Source: a virus
Reading direction: 5' to 3' (one strand)
Length of the DNA: 33,909 nt
Virus record (IMG/VR): IMGVR_UViG_3300011116_000306
Location: 1-33,909 of that record
Shown one piece after another: positions 17,676 through 25,288 of this stretch; the stretch's first letter is position 1, and the number at the start of each line of letters is the position of its first letter. The notes under the pieces are model-generated. The model was given only the letters and a program-made list of their open reading frames with translations, made no database searches and was not told the DNA's origin. The translations under genes and the position numbers were made by a program.

Positions 17676-17985
17676 TATTTTTCAATAAAGGCAAAACGTC
17701 GTTTAAACGCATCACTACGCGCCATTCTTCATTGTTTTGCCTAAACGCCACAACCGGCACATCGTCACCATTGCAACATGCTTCCACCTGGCGGCACCAC
17801 TGCATGATTGCCAAAGTCTCGCGGCGCTTTACTTCAATGCGATATTTGCCGATTTGAATATCATCGCCGCTATCTCTGGCTTGTCCTAACTTCCGCTTAA
17901 TTTCTATACCAAGCTGCTCTGACAAAAACGCGCTCAGTTCGCGCTCTGCTCCCGCGCCTTTATTGCGCGACATTTTACCGCCCAT
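17659..17985 (-). CDS. PD-(D/E)XK Holliday-junction-resolvase-like nuclease (108 aa, Hjc-type)
   Basis: NKGAGAERELSAFL...DSGDDIQIGKYRIEVKRR gives an E...D...E-x-K nuclease motif. AGGAGG SD overlaps the upstream stop. Confidence 0.6.
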   Translation of the reverse strand: MGGKMSRNKGAGAERELSAFLSEQLGIEIKRKLGQARDSGDDIQIGKYRIEVKRRETLAIMQWCRQVEACCNGDDVPVVAFRQNNEEWRVVMRLNDVLPLLKNITSSS

Positions 17986-17993
17986 GTAACCTC

Positions 17994-19070
17994 CTAAAAC
18001 GGAATCGGATCATCGTGAAATGGAGCATTGTCAACGACAGGCTTTACATTCTTAATTCTTGCAGTAGGCATAACGGTTTTTATTTCATGCACAACACCTT
18101 CGGTCACAAGATCGGCTGGCATCATAGCAAGTTCTTTCGACTGATAGTGTCCTTCGCCATTCTTAAAGACTTTGCCAGTTTTCTTATGCTGGTACTCAAC
18201 ATAACCTTCAGCAGCGTCAATGGCATCTGCAAACGGCACTAGCGCCGGAATGAACATATGCGATGAACAAGCTGCGTTTTGCTTTGTCTCGGTAATTGTC
18301 ATTTTATGATACTCGCAATGCCACTTGCTTTCTGACTGCGGCGTAGCGTGTACGCAAGTGCGACAATTAACTGCGGCAATTTTGTCTTGATGGCACAAAT
18401 TGTAAAAATCGCATGTTTTACATTCCCAATAAGCCGGGTCTTGGCTAATGCGATCCGGCGGCTGTTGTGCCTCTATAGTGGTTCTGGCGCGTTGATATAT
18501 ACCGTCATAACCCTTTTTATCAAAATGGACCCATTCTCCATAAATCTCATCATTGTCTTTATTAACCGCAAAATAATATGCGCGATCTAGTTTCATCAGC
18601 GCCATATACACTTGCATCTGGACCCAATGACGCGGCTTGCTTTCTTGAACGCCTTTTTTCTCAAGGTCAGCAAAAGACTTTGCGTTATGAGTCTTAATTT
18701 CTAATACAGCCCATGTTTTAGGGCTTTCTTTGAAGCCCATGCCGATAGCGTCAACGCTTCCGCCAAAATGACCGCTATCATCACGACACTCAATTTGTTT
18801 GCCGTTATCATGCGTATGCAACTCAACGCCAATAGCCTTTAGTTCCTTAAACACGCGATCTTCTTCGCGCTTGCCGGTGTCAAAAAGGCGTTTAATGCGC
18901 CAATTAAAGTCAGGCAGTTTGGCCCACCGGAATGTGAGCCAAACATGCCTGTTACAGTTATGACCAATTACACTTGCCCCAAGGTGGGGTCTATGCGCCT
19001 CGGTTTTAGCTGCGTACCAATCTGCGATGGCTTGAGCAGTACCGTTTTGGCTCTGGGGCAAGAATACCAT
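17994..19070 (-). CDS. Cas4/RecB-family PD-(D/E)XK exonuclease with Fe-S Cys cluster (358 aa)
   Basis: GSVDAIG...AVLEIKT nuclease motifs. One N-terminal Cys (GHNCNRH) plus C-x2-C-x5-C (CKTCDFYNLC), as in Cas4/AddB. Cys/His-rich C-terminal extension ending FHDDPIPF. Confidence 0.75.
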   Translation of the reverse strand: MVFLPQSQNGTAQAIADWYAAKTEAHRPHLGASVIGHNCNRHVWLTFRWAKLPDFNWRIKRLFDTGKREEDRVFKELKAIGVELHTHDNGKQIECRDDSGHFGGSVDAIGMGFKESPKTWAVLEIKTHNAKSFADLEKKGVQESKPRHWVQMQVYMALMKLDRAYYFAVNKDNDEIYGEWVHFDKKGYDGIYQRARTTIEAQQPPDRISQDPAYWECKTCDFYNLCHQDKIAAVNCRTCVHATPQSESKWHCEYHKMTITETKQNAACSSHMFIPALVPFADAIDAAEGYVEYQHKKTGKVFKNGEGHYQSKELAMMPADLVTEGVVHEIKTVMPTARIKNVKPVVDNAPFHDDPIPF

Positions 19071-19073
19071 TGT

Positions 19074-19532
19074 TTACTTCTCCCAGGGCTTCTTACCGTT
19101 AGAGGAAACTGGTTTGGCCTTTGGCGCAGCTACTTGCCCATCGCGCTCATATCCGTAAATACGATTGCGCGTTTCGTCCTTTGAATCCAATCCAACGTCA
19201 ATAACAATCGGAATGTCGTGCAGTTCTTCGCTCCGCTGCAATCGAGTCCCAGAAGCAATGCCACAAGCAACGCAAATACTATTGAGTTCAGCCTTGGCAA
19301 TGTCTTCGGCAGTCTTATTCGGATTGCTCAAATTCAGATTTTGCCAAATGCGCCTACCAGAATGGTCGCCTTCAATGATCTGAAACGTAATCGCCAGGTA
19401 TTCGCCAGTACCGGATTTTGTAGGCTTAATGGCTGTATTGTTAATGATTGCCCGATACTTGCCTTTCGGCAGAACATCGTAACTACGCTTCTGTTGAACT
19501 TCTTCGCCAACTTCATAAGAAAATGTAGGCAT
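19074..19532 (-). CDS. DUF669-family phage ssDNA-binding protein (152 aa)
   Basis: YDVLPKGKYRAIINNTAIKPTKSGTGEYLAITFQIIEGDHSGRRIWQNLNL matches the DUF669 pattern. Canonical position between the Sak4-like ATPase and the Cas4-like nuclease. Confidence 0.7.
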   Translation of the reverse strand: MPTFSYEVGEEVQQKRSYDVLPKGKYRAIINNTAIKPTKSGTGEYLAITFQIIEGDHSGRRIWQNLNLSNPNKTAEDIAKAELNSICVACGIASGTRLQRSEELHDIPIVIDVGLDSKDETRNRIYGYERDGQVAAPKAKPVSSNGKKPWEK

Positions 19533-19544
19533 TGCGCGTTTCCT

Positions 19545-20282
19545 TTACTTTGTGGTGGTAATTGCGTTTTCAAATGCTTCCCAGGTCAACGTAATCTTGT
19601 CTTGCAAGCTGTATCTGTTTTTAGCCATGTAAGCGGGACGCTCGTTGCAATGGAGCAGCCGTTCGCCTGATCCAATACCGCGAGCAACTGTTTTGTTAAA
19701 TCCTACCTCCTCCTTCGTTACGACTGTTTTGTAGTTTGCAAACATAACTGCATCAACCCACTCTCGGATTAACGCATTGCTACGCTCTTGCAGCTTCGGC
19801 TGATAACGGTCGTATGGCTCTGTCTCAGGACTATCAAACCGCTTGATTGTGCAATGCGCGAGCAAAATAACAATCATGCCTTTGTCGTTGCGGAGCGCGT
19901 TTAAACCAATCAGTATTTCGCGCCATTTCTCTGCGGCAATGATCGAGCCTTTGCCATACGCCAAATCCTTGGCATCGTGAGTAGCCTCAATTTCCGCCCA
20001 TAGGAAATTTTCAAGCCAATCCAAACTATCAATCACAACAGTCTTAAAATTGTGCTTGTTTTGATACAGCGAACCAATGGCTTCAAGCACGTTTGTCGTA
20101 CTGGTTGCCAAAGGAAAGTGATCTACTTCCAAACTTCCTAAACCATCCTCGGTTGGAATAAAAATCGGCGCTGGCGCTCCAGCCGCAAATGTACTTTTTC
20201 CGATACCTTCAACGCCATAAATCATAATGCGCGGCGCTGATATGCTGGTGTTTTTCTTTACGCTGTTAAGGTCAAACGCCAT
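19545..20282 (-). CDS. AAA_24 / Sak4-like RecA-fold recombination ATPase (245 aa)
   Basis: Walker A in IMIYGVEGIGKST, Walker B in KTVVIDSLD, and the family-typical ...NERPAYMAKNRYSL C-terminus. Confidence 0.8.
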   Translation of the reverse strand: MAFDLNSVKKNTSISAPRIMIYGVEGIGKSTFAAGAPAPIFIPTEDGLGSLEVDHFPLATSTTNVLEAIGSLYQNKHNFKTVVIDSLDWLENFLWAEIEATHDAKDLAYGKGSIIAAEKWREILIGLNALRNDKGMIVILLAHCTIKRFDSPETEPYDRYQPKLQERSNALIREWVDAVMFANYKTVVTKEEVGFNKTVARGIGSGERLLHCNERPAYMAKNRYSLQDKITLTWEAFENAITTTK

Positions 20283-20658
20283 CGACGCGCTCCAATGTGA
20301 TGTGGGTTTTTGCTGGTTTTAGCGTGATTGCTAAAGCAATCTTTTTCCAAGTCTCTGGCCGGTCATGCCGTATTTTTTTCAGTGCCGACTCATCAGCTTC
20401 AACTACTGTTTTTATCGGACGATCTGCTTCCGGCCATGCCTTAGTCAAATCAGACAATACTTTAACGTCAGCTTTGTAATTCAATTTTGCAGTTGCAACG
20501 CAGCGCACAGTATTGGTCAGCATTGCAGTTGTGCGGCCTTCTTCTTTGACCGACATTAGCTTTAGCAATTCTTTTTCTATGGAATGGCGCTTTTCGGTAA
20601 CAGTTTGCTCTGCCTGTTTAGCGTCAAACCAGGCAGCAATCAGTTCTGTTGCGTTCAT
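20272..20658 (-). CDS. Hypothetical protein (128 aa), first gene of the recombination operon
   Basis: ORF with GAGGT SD. Its 3' end overlaps the Sak4-like start by 11 nt. Confidence 0.6.
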   Translation of the reverse strand: MNATELIAAWFDAKQAEQTVTEKRHSIEKELLKLMSVKEEGRTTAMLTNTVRCVATAKLNYKADVKVLSDLTKAWPEADRPIKTVVEADESALKKIRHDRPETWKKIALAITLKPAKTHITLERVDGV

Positions 20659-20688
20659 GTTTACCTCGTTGTGGTGGGGTGGCGGCTT

Positions 20689-20717
20689 AACGTATTTTGC
20701 CGTTCCAAAATAAGCAA
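20689..20717 (-). promoter_or_regulatory. Candidate leftward sigma70-type promoter (-35 TTGCTT, 17 nt, -10 TACGTT)
   Basis: Read on the minus strand upstream of 20658. The spacer contains the inverted repeat ATTTTG-n6-CAAAAT (20694-20711). Confidence 0.3.
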
Positions 20718-20735
20718 CACCTATTTTTTTGTGTG

Positions 20736-20765
20736 TTGACTTAATTGATACGGCTACTTTATTGT
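20736..20765 (+). promoter_or_regulatory. Candidate rightward sigma70-type promoter (-35 TTGACT, 18 nt, -10 TATTGT)
   Basis: Read on the plus strand, 27 nt upstream of ATG 20792. Confidence 0.35.
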
Positions 20766-20791
20766 CCTTGCCTCACCACAAGGGGGTTCAA

Positions 20792-21028
20792 ATGAAAACA
20801 ATCAAACATAAACGTGAACCTGCTTATAGCGTTATCATCACATTGGGCGGCGTAAGATCGACCGCTCGCATACTAGATATTGCGCCTAGTGCTGTTTCGC
20901 GCTGGCTCTTGCCTCGCAAGAAAACCAAGGCTGGCTTGATTCCTCAAGAGCATTGGTCGCGCATCTTAGAGCATTGCAAATTAAACAAGATTAAACTTAG
21001 CATTGATGACCTGACGCACGTTCGGTAG
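20792..21028 (+). CDS. Cro/YdaS-like helix-turn-helix regulator (78 aa)
   Basis: ATG 20792 has AAGGGGG upstream. The track start at 20729 is a TTG lying inside the promoter. HTH-like sequence GGVRSTARILDIAPSAVSRW. Confidence 0.55.
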   Translation: MKTIKHKREPAYSVIITLGGVRSTARILDIAPSAVSRWLLPRKKTKAGLIPQEHWSRILEHCKLNKIKLSIDDLTHVR

Positions 21029-21034
21029 GTCACA

Positions 21035-22960
21035 ATGAAAAATTCAGAATTTCTTGCGGCGCTTGGGGGCGCTGGCGAAGATCATTACCTATGGATTACG
21101 CACTTTGCGGCTGATCCTAGTCAGGCAAGCCAAGGTCAATGGGCTGGTCGAATGTACCAGCACAAAATCAGCCAAGCTAACTTGATTGACACAGTTTCCA
21201 GCCAGAATGTTTATTTCTGTCCAGCCGTTCTATCTGGCCTTGATGAAAGCGGATCGTTTAAACGCAGCAAAAACCACTTTTGCAGACTCGCCGCGCTTGG
21301 CGTTGATGACGTAAACATTGATGACATTAACGGCAAAGTCTCATGGATATTTGAGACAAGCCCGCTGAATTACCAAGCTGGCATATTGCTGGATGAAGCC
21401 GACCAGGACGCAGCCAATTTGGCGCTGGTCGATGCTGTTATGTCTGAATTGGCTGATAAAGGGCTTATTAAAGCAGACAAGTCTGGCAACAATGCTGTTC
21501 GTTATATGCGGTTGCCTCATGCAAAAAACACAAAACAACGCGCTACTGGACCGCATGACGTTCGTGTTGTTAGTTCTGACTTAATCAATAAATACAGCCT
21601 TGCAGATGCCTGTGCTGCTTTTGGAATTGATTTGGATGCCTTACGCGGCAAGCAATCAACTACAAAAGAAAGCATTAAAAATGTTACAGGCTCTAGCCAT
21701 GCAGAGCTAATTGCAGCATTAGCACAAGATGATCCTGCTGATCGCAGCTATCACGACCCATTACTAAAGCTATCTAGCAAACTTGTGTCTGCTGGACTAA
21801 ATCCAGGCGCAGTAGTCGAGCATTTGCGCGGGCTTATGCTGGCTATCCGTCCGCAAGACGCAACAGAACTTAGCCGGTGGCAATCACGCTACGATGAAAT
21901 TCCCAGGCTTGTTCTTGGCGCTCAAAAGTTTGCACCGGAGCCAAAGCAACAGCCTGTATCAGATGGCGGATTGCTGCTTGATATATCGACATTGGAAAGC
22001 CGGTCAAAAGCCGTTAAATGGCTTGTTAAAGGCTTTATTCCAGCCGACAGCATGGGCGTCTTGTTTGGTGCGTCAGGCGCATACAAGTCATTTCTGGCAA
22101 TAGATTTGGGATTGCATATTTCGCACAGTTTAAACTGGGTAAACCGTAAAACAAAGCCAGGCCCGGTTGTTTATGTCGCATCTGAAGGCGGCGCTGGTAT
22201 TTATCGCCGGATTGCAGCTTGGCATAAGCTAAACAAACGCCAACTGCCGAATAACTTTTGGACTTGTGCCACGCCGCTGGTTTTGACGGATGAAGATAGT
22301 CTGAAGGCTCTCAGAAAAGACATTCAGGCATTACCTGAACAGCCTAGCTTGATTATTGTTGATACATTCAGCCAGACGTTTTTTGGAGATGAAAACGCGG
22401 CCACGGATGTAAGTGAATATTTCCGGCAGATTAACACTCATTTGCGTGAGCCATTTAATGCGACGGTTATCGTAATCCATCACATTGGACACTCAAATGA
22501 TAATGCCGGTCGTCCTCGCGGCTCTAGCGCGTTCACAGCAAACGTAGATTTTCTGCTGGCTGTCAGGCGCGACGGCGATCTTGCAGCGTCGATTGAAGTA
22601 ACCAAACAGAAAGATGGCGATAAAATATCATCCCAGGCATTTAACCTGGAATCTCAGCCGTTATGGGAAGATGAAGATGGAGATACGATTACTTCGCTTG
22701 CAGCAAAGCATGTAAACATTATTGAGCAGATTAAAACCGGCAATGCAACGCTAGGCGAGACAGATAAAGTTATTTTGGATTTTATTACATTGAACGTCAG
22801 CGTTACCAAGAACGATGTAACTGCATTTGTTGCAAAGAAGTCAAAGAATGAAAAATCAGCTTACGTTATGGCAATGCGCTCGTTGAAAAAGCTGCAAGAG
22901 CTTACGCTGATTAGGCACACCATAGACGACAAGTATGTAGTCATGGGCGAGGTTTTATAA
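21035..22960 (+). CDS. Primase / RecA-like (AAA_25, RepA-type) replicative ATPase fusion (641 aa)
   Basis: C-terminal half has Walker A in GVLFGASGAYKS, Walker B in SLIIVDTFS, then VIHHIGHS...GRPRGSSAF. N-terminal half has LGVDDVN and ETSPLNYQAGILL, reminiscent of RepB-prime/primase-polymerase-type primases. Confidence 0.65.
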   Translation: MKNSEFLAALGGAGEDHYLWITHFAADPSQASQGQWAGRMYQHKISQANLIDTVSSQNVYFCPAVLSGLDESGSFKRSKNHFCRLAALGVDDVNIDDINGKVSWIFETSPLNYQAGILLDEADQDAANLALVDAVMSELADKGLIKADKSGNNAVRYMRLPHAKNTKQRATGPHDVRVVSSDLINKYSLADACAAFGIDLDALRGKQSTTKESIKNVTGSSHAELIAALAQDDPADRSYHDPLLKLSSKLVSAGLNPGAVVEHLRGLMLAIRPQDATELSRWQSRYDEIPRLVLGAQKFAPEPKQQPVSDGGLLLDISTLESRSKAVKWLVKGFIPADSMGVLFGASGAYKSFLAIDLGLHISHSLNWVNRKTKPGPVVYVASEGGAGIYRRIAAWHKLNKRQLPNNFWTCATPLVLTDEDSLKALRKDIQALPEQPSLIIVDTFSQTFFGDENAATDVSEYFRQINTHLREPFNATVIVIHHIGHSNDNAGRPRGSSAFTANVDFLLAVRRDGDLAASIEVTKQKDGDKISSQAFNLESQPLWEDEDGDTITSLAAKHVNIIEQIKTGNATLGETDKVILDFITLNVSVTKNDVTAFVAKKSKNEKSAYVMAMRSLKKLQELTLIRHTIDDKYVVMGEVL

Positions 22961-23177
22961 TTGGCTCAAGCCCATGATCTACTCGTATTTTATCAACAAA
23001 CTCTGGATATGTTTTTCTTGTTAAGTAAGTTTTCTTATTATTCTTTATAACAATTATGTTTTTAAGTGTTTTGATTACTCGATAGCCAAACTCAAATAAA
23101 AAAGTTTCATTGTTTAATGATGCTCCAATTTCAAATTTTCTAATTTGAGGAAGTTTGGGTTTTCTTTTTCTTGGCAT
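22941..23177 (-). CDS. Hypothetical Lys/Asn-rich protein (78 aa) in an AT-rich islet
   Basis: ATG 23177 has GGTGGG upstream. The 3' end overlaps the primase 3' end by 20 nt (convergent). Weak coding evidence. Confidence 0.35.
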   Translation of the reverse strand: MPRKRKPKLPQIRKFEIGASLNNETFLFEFGYRVIKTLKNIIVIKNNKKTYLTRKTYPEFVDKIRVDHGLEPIIKPRP

Positions 23178-23316
23178 TTGCCCACCGCTTTGCAACGATC
23201 TTGCGATAATACTCAGCATTGCCGCGCACCTTTGCTTTGCCAGTGCCGGAAGCTCCACCCTTCTTACCAATAGACGCCAAATACGCTTTAACGCTCAAAT
23301 CCAAATCGTTAGTCAT
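23140..23316 (-). CDS. Small basic protein (58 aa)
   Basis: ATG 23316 has GAGGA upstream. Translation MTNDLDLSVKAYLASIGKKGGASGTGKAKVRGNAEYYRKIVAKRWANAKKKK... 8-nt overlap with the upstream gene. Confidence 0.5.
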   Translation of the reverse strand: MTNDLDLSVKAYLASIGKKGGASGTGKAKVRGNAEYYRKIVAKRWANAKKKKTQTSSN

Positions 23317-23494
23317 TAGTGTTTTTATCCTCATACAATTTCCCATGCGGTCCACACACGCCATTCGGGTTCCGCGCCTCCATAGTCAGCGCGTCGGCAA
23401 CTTCTGGATGGTGACATTCGCCCAGGCTGCCAACCGGCCAAACGGCGTGTTTACACGACATGCACATCACGAAGCGGTTGTTGGTTATGGTCAT
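23309..23494 (-). CDS. Small Cys/His-rich protein (61 aa), possible zinc binder
   Basis: ATG 23494. Translation MTITNNRFVMCMSCKHAVWPVGSLGECHHPEVADALTMEARNPNGVCGPHGKLY... No strong SD. Confidence 0.4.
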   Translation of the reverse strand: MTITNNRFVMCMSCKHAVWPVGSLGECHHPEVADALTMEARNPNGVCGPHGKLYEDKNTND

Positions 23495-23507
23495 AAATGT
23501 TGCTTTG

Positions 23508-24032
23508 CTATGGTTGATCGCCGCGCAGGCGGCGTAGGAGTTCAAGAATGGCGTCTACGGCCACGATGCCGTTTCCGCTCGCGATGCTGTCGCGGTACTG
23601 CCACATGATGTGCGCAAGCTGTTCCTTCGTCGGCAACGCGGGCTGGTGTGTGGCTATCCTAGCCTGAAGGTCCCAGATTTTCTCTTTGGCCTGGTCAAGC
23701 GACACCGTTTTGCGCTCGGGGCAGCACGACAAGAATCCACCGGCCTTCAGCGCCTCAAGGCTTCGCATCGATCCACATCCCAAGCAAATGGTAGGCGGTT
23801 CGGGCTGGTGTGTGGTAGAGGGTGAGGAAGCGGGGCGCATGACGTTCTCCAAGAAGTCACGTGTGTCGTCGCTCATGCCATCCCCCACCCCAGAGCCAGA
23901 CAGAAGCTCCTTGAGTGCGCGGGCAATTTCACAGGCATCGGTGCTGGCGATACCGTGACTTGATGGACCAAAGCCACCTGTCGCCAGAATGGCGTTGCAC
24001 TTGTCTATGAGGGCCTGCCTATCGGTCGTCAT
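23508..24032 (-). CDS. Hypothetical protein (174 aa)
   Basis: GC-rich ORF with an ATGA overlap with the upstream gene. Contains CLGCG...SCCPERK. Confidence 0.6.
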   Translation of the reverse strand: MTTDRQALIDKCNAILATGGFGPSSHGIASTDACEIARALKELLSGSGVGDGMSDDTRDFLENVMRPASSPSTTHQPEPPTICLGCGSMRSLEALKAGGFLSCCPERKTVSLDQAKEKIWDLQARIATHQPALPTKEQLAHIMWQYRDSIASGNGIVAVDAILELLRRLRGDQP

Positions 24033-24382
24033 GGGGTGCTCCTGATGGCTTGGGCGATGCCATGTAAAGTCGTGGCTGAAATCGGTGTTTCACCCGCCGC
24101 ATACCCTCGGCCTTCGCGTTTTAGAGATAACCATGCAGAGCCATCAGCGTGAATGCCGATCAAAATGCCCTTGTCGCGCCACTGAATTATAAGGTTTTCA
24201 TCATCAAATCCGACAAAGGGACACCGCTCCCGCTCTGCCTTGGTGGCCTGGGCTACACGGTGGTCTATGGTGGCGAGGATTTCTCTGAGTTTGCCAATGG
24301 TGATGCGAGCGTCGTCGTCATCGCTATCTGCCACTTCAACCGCGCAATACAGATCGGATAGCGGCTCTGGTGTCGTCGTCAT
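24029..24382 (-). CDS. Hypothetical acidic protein (117 aa)
   Basis: Start set at ATG 24382 (MTTTPEPL...) because it forms an ATGA overlap with the upstream small ORF. Confidence 0.55.
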   Translation of the reverse strand: MTTTPEPLSDLYCAVEVADSDDDDARITIGKLREILATIDHRVAQATKAERERCPFVGFDDENLIIQWRDKGILIGIHADGSAWLSLKREGRGYAAGETPISATTLHGIAQAIRSTP

Positions 24383-24558
24383 TGCGGCTTCTCCATGCAA
24401 ACATGGTCGTAATACGTTGAACGGATTTCCCCGGTCTGCATCTTTGGCAGCACCTCCAAAGTAAACGCCGCCTCGCAGGATTCCTTGCTGCGGTAATCAA
24501 TCGGCACCGCTAACGAACCGGTGCGCCAAACAAAGATCAGCAATATCCATGTCGTCAT
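24379..24558 (-). CDS. Small protein (59 aa) with N-terminal hydrophobic/signal-like segment
   Basis: Not in the track. Translation MTTWILLIFVWRTGSLAVPIDYRSKESCEAAFTLEVLPKMQTGEIRSTYYDHVCMEKPQ. ATGA overlaps at both ends. Confidence 0.45.
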   Translation of the reverse strand: MTTWILLIFVWRTGSLAVPIDYRSKESCEAAFTLEVLPKMQTGEIRSTYYDHVCMEKPQ

Positions 24559-24980
24559 TGTCTTGTGTCCTCTATGTGTATGAGGGCCCGAACAGCGGCG
24601 AGGCAGAGGGCTAGGGCGGGCGTCTTAGCCTTGGCGTCAGGAGCGATGCACCCAACGGTCGCCGAAACGACACTTTCCATGCCGCCGGACACAGTCCACG
24701 GGCGTCCTTCCGGCACCAGCGTGAGCGCGGCGTCTATGCTGGTATCTGGAAAGCCCCGGAGAGCGGACACAGACAGATCATCCACCAACCCCTGGCCGGT
24801 GATTTCAAGCTCATCCTCCCCAGAGTCACCGCACCCAACCGACCATTTGTAGGGGACATTTTCACAGCCTTTTTTGCAGTGGGTCAGGTAAAGCAGAGCG
24901 GCGCGGTCCTGCATGTGCAGTGGCCCCTTCGCCTCGGCCAGCCTGCGCTCTAGTTCTCTCAGTGACTCAAGCTTGGTCAT
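24555..24980 (-). CDS. Hypothetical protein (141 aa), loosely DUF2591/ABA-sandwich-like
   Basis: Start set at ATG 24980 (MTKLESL...), because the longer track ORF would overlap the 25031-25264 gene. The C-terminus ...AKTPALALCLAAVRALI resembles that family. The assignment is weak. Confidence 0.45.
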   Translation of the reverse strand: MTKLESLRELERRLAEAKGPLHMQDRAALLYLTHCKKGCENVPYKWSVGCGDSGEDELEITGQGLVDDLSVSALRGFPDTSIDAALTLVPEGRPWTVSGGMESVVSATVGCIAPDAKAKTPALALCLAAVRALIHIEDTRQ

Positions 24981-25030
24981 AGGGTGCCTACTTATTGGCG
25001 GTGAGTGCGGTGGTGATGGCGGAGAGGGCG

Positions 25031-25264
25031 TCACTTCCACCACCACTTGCCTTCCAGCAGCCGCCCCAAGATCGACAACGTACAGCCAAAGCACAACAGC
25101 AAACCCATCACATACACCGTCCACTGCGCTGCGTTGCTGGTCAGGCCAACGCGATACGCTACGTTGCTGATGTACTGACACACGCCGACAAAAGCCAACG
25201 TGACAAGGATGATTGCGCCCATGACACTTAAAAGCGCACCAACGGCTTGAATGTCGTCTTTCAT
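25031..25264 (-). CDS. Membrane protein (77 aa, two TM helices)
   Basis: AAAGGAAA SD. Hydrophobic helices AVGALLSVMGAIILVTLAFVGV and WTVYVMGLLLCFGCTLSILG. Confidence 0.6.
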   Translation of the reverse strand: MKDDIQAVGALLSVMGAIILVTLAFVGVCQYISNVAYRVGLTSNAAQWTVYVMGLLLCFGCTLSILGRLLEGKWWWK

Positions 25265-25288
25265 GTTTAGTTTCCTTTTGTTGAAATG

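Noticed and set aside
24981-25181. N-terminal 67-aa extension of ORF 24555-25181
   Set aside because: The extension overlaps the 2-TM gene 25031-25264 and reads as low-complexity noise (SPPSPPHSPP). The internal ATG at 24980 (MTKLESL...) was chosen instead.
23219-25231. Series of plus-strand ORFs in the GC-rich island (23219-23608, 23610-23825, 23686-23958, 24149-24361, 24240-24464, 24565-24852, 24913-25170, 24995-25231)
   Set aside because: High GC suppresses stop codons. They all overlap better-supported, translationally coupled minus-strand genes and read as Arg/Ala/Ser-rich noise.
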